The notes under the pieces are model-generated. The model was not told the origin of the DNA and searched no databases. It was given only the letters and a program-made list of their open reading frames with translations. A stretch of DNA of 53,359 bases, from positions 1 through 53,359 of the forward strand of contig CAZQWS010000006.1 in the NCBI GenBank assembly GCA_964597355.1. The letters run 5' to 3'. This DNA is from an uncultured Bdellovibrionales bacterium. Its GTDB lineage: Bacteria; Patescibacteriota; Minisyncoccia; Moranbacterales; UBA1568. A program made the translations under genes and the position numbers. Positions 51,516-53,359 of this stretch are shown in pieces. Positions within the stretch are counted from its first letter, which is position 1. Each line of letters starts with the position of its first letter.

Positions 51516-53359
51516 ATGTGCGGTATCGCTGGAAAAATTTCTTTCTCTACGCCCGTTACTCCTCAAGCCGTAGAGACGATGTGCGATGCTATCAAGCATC
51601 GTGGTCCAGATGATAGCGGTGTCTATATTTCTCCCGACCAAAAAGTAGGCCTCGGTCACCGGCGTCTTGCTATTATCGACCTTTCTCCACTAGGGCATCA
51701 GCCCATGCGTTATCTCGACCGCTATGAGCTTGTGTTTAATGGTGAGATGTACAACTTCCAGGAAAAGCGAGTGCTCCTCGAAAAAGATGGCTATACCTTC
51801 CGCTCCCACTCCGACTCCGAAGTCATCCTCGCTCTCTATGATAAATACAAAGAGAAGTGTGTCGAACACCTGCGCGGCATGTTTGCTCTCGCTATTTATG
51901 ATGAGAAGGAACAAGTGCTTTTCTGTGCCCGCGACCGAGTAGGAAAGAAACCATTTAAATACTACTTTGATGGCAACGTTTTTCTCTTTGCTTCTGAACT
52001 CAAAGCCATCCTTACTCAACCAGAGTACACGAAAGAAATTGATTACGAGGCTATCCATCACTACCTTACCCTCCAGTATGTGCCAGCACCGATGACCGGC
52101 TTTGTGGGGATTAAGAAGCTCGAACCAGCTCACTACCTCGTCCTTGATTTCAAAACCAAAACACTCAAAAAAGAGCGCTACTGGAAACTCGATTATTCTA
52201 AAAAGATTGAGTTATCTGAAGCTGAATGGGAAAAGCGCATTCTGGAGAAACTCGAGGAGTCAGTCAGGCTCCGCATGATCTCCGATGTACCACTGGGAGC
52301 ATTTCTTTCGGGAGGAGTCGACTCGAGCGCTATCGTCGCCATGATGGCCAAACACTCCAAACAGCCCGTCAAAACCTTTTCTATTGGCTTCAAAGAAGAG
52401 AAATACAATGAACTCCCCTATGCTCGGATGATCGCCGAGAAGTTTAAGACTGATCACACCGAGTTTATCGTGGAACCCAATGCTATCGACGTGCTTCCCC
52501 TCTTGGTCCGTCAATACGAAGAACCCTTTGCTGACTCGAGCGCCCTCCCTACCTACTACGTATCGAAACTCACCCGTGAACACGTGACGGTGGCCTTGAA
52601 TGGCGACGGGGGCGATGAGAACTTCGCGGGTTATACTCGCTATGCTGCCTTCAAATCTTCTCTCTTCTTAGAAAATTTTTCTTGGTTAGCAAAGACTATT
52701 GGCGTCCCCATCACTCGGCTTATCAAAAATATTTTTCCTACCACTTTTTTTGATCGTGTCTACCGTCTTACCAAAAGCCTGGCCGTTGACTATCGTGAGC
52801 GCTACATGGGCTTCACTTCCTACTTCACCAATGAACAAAAAGAGAAGCTGTATACTGAAGCATTCAAAGAGAAAATCAAAGGAGAAAACACCTATGAACT
52901 CGTTGCTGAACAGTTTCTCCAATCAGGTTCAGAGAATAAGACTGAACAGGCTGTGTGCGCTGACTTCGCTCTCTACCTCCCCGAAGATCTCCTCGTCAAA
53001 GTTGATATCGCCAGTATGACCGTCGCTCTCGAAGGTCGATCACCTTTTCTCGACCATGAACTTTTGGAGCTTACGGCTCAAATTCCTTTTGATTTGAAGC
53101 TCAAGGGATTGAATAACAAAAAATATATTCTGAAAAAAGCTCTCCGGCATCTCCTCCCTCATGAAGTTCTCTACCGACCAAAAATGGGCTTTGGGGTACC
53201 CATCGATGCTTGGTTCCGTGGGGAACTCCGCGACTACGCCAAGGAAAAGCTTCTTCAAGGTGAGCTCGTTTCCCGCGAACTTTTTCGGAAAGAAGCTATC
53301 GAAGAACTTCTTCATACTCATGCCACCACGGGAGTCAATTTTTCTCCCCAAATTTGGGC
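51516..53359 (+). CDS. asnB: Asparagine synthase (glutamine-hydrolysing)-family amidotransferase, 3'-truncated by the window edge
   Basis: Hand translation (missing from the ORF track because no stop falls in the window): MCGIAG, HRGPD, GHRRLAIID, QPM, FNGEMYNF, SDSEV, GMFA, RDRVGKKP, FLSGGVDSS, ALNGDGGDENFAGY, LEGRSPFLDH, RPKMGF. Confidence 0.95.
   Translation, partial: MCGIAGKISFSTPVTPQAVETMCDAIKHRGPDDSGVYISPDQKVGLGHRRLAIIDLSPLGHQPMRYLDRYELVFNGEMYNFQEKRVLLEKDGYTFRSHSDSEVILALYDKYKEKCVEHLRGMFALAIYDEKEQVLFCARDRVGKKPFKYYFDGNVFLFASELKAILTQPEYTKEIDYEAIHHYLTLQYVPAPMTGFVGIKKLEPAHYLVLDFKTKTLKKERYWKLDYSKKIELSEAEWEKRILEKLEESVRLRMISDVPLGAFLSGGVDSSAIVAMMAKHSKQPVKTFSIGFKEEKYNELPYARMIAEKFKTDHTEFIVEPNAIDVLPLLVRQYEEPFADSSALPTYYVSKLTREHVTVALNGDGGDENFAGYTRYAAFKSSLFLENFSWLAKTIGVPITRLIKNIFPTTFFDRVYRLTKSLAVDYRERYMGFTSYFTNEQKEKLYTEAFKEKIKGENTYELVAEQFLQSGSENKTEQAVCADFALYLPEDLLVKVDIASMTVALEGRSPFLDHELLELTAQIPFDLKLKGLNNKKYILKKALRHLLPHEVLYRPKMGFGVPIDAWFRGELRDYAKEKLLQGELVSRELFRKEAIEELLHTHATTGVNFSPQIW

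Noticed and set aside
75-53351. Many antisense or alternate-frame ORFs in the track (e.g. 951-1553, 2043-2690, 3144-3683, 34791-35585, 41379-42413, 53040-53351)
   Set aside because: They shadow well-supported genes on the other strand or frame and have no motifs; those after 51.5 kb lie inside asnB.
1-53359. Genetic code 25 (TGA = Gly), used by some CPR lineages
   Set aside because: Conserved genes are full-length under code 11, and TGA ends the EamA gene at its expected length.

Overview
A 53-kb fragment of a bacterial chromosome in the standard genetic code (11). Gene content and style suggest Patescibacteria/CPR, probably Parcubacteria (inference, not a database assignment). The left ~18 kb holds housekeeping and envelope genes: M23 peptidase, gltX, TagA/WecG, thpR, priA, def, fmt, groES with a CIRCE, S41 protease, LCP, O-antigen ligase-like protein and an HD hydrolase. 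From ~11.6 kb to the end runs a very large surface-glycosylation region: six GT4, four GT2, four GT-C-type membrane transferases, a Wzx-like flippase, two nucleotide-sugar dehydrogenases, an epimerase and a truncated AsnB amidotransferase. No rRNA, credible tRNA, CRISPR array, integrase or transposase was seen. Most notable: (1) a divergent RtcB-family ligase plus a thymidylate-kinase-like protein directly before the flippase, keeping the metal and His-nucleophile residues but losing several RNA/GTP-contact residues; (2) four GC-rich single-gene cassettes sharing a left hairpin, near-identical promoter, structured leader, Shine-Dalgarno site and double-hairpin terminator; (3) 7-nt-periodic complementary repeat arms that bracket a four-helix-bundle gene and also occur in-frame in a GT-C gene and between genes; (4) several unexplained structured intergenic elements; (5) several pseudoenzymes (PriA, rhodanese, CapA-like). 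All assignments come from reading motifs by eye; no searches were run.
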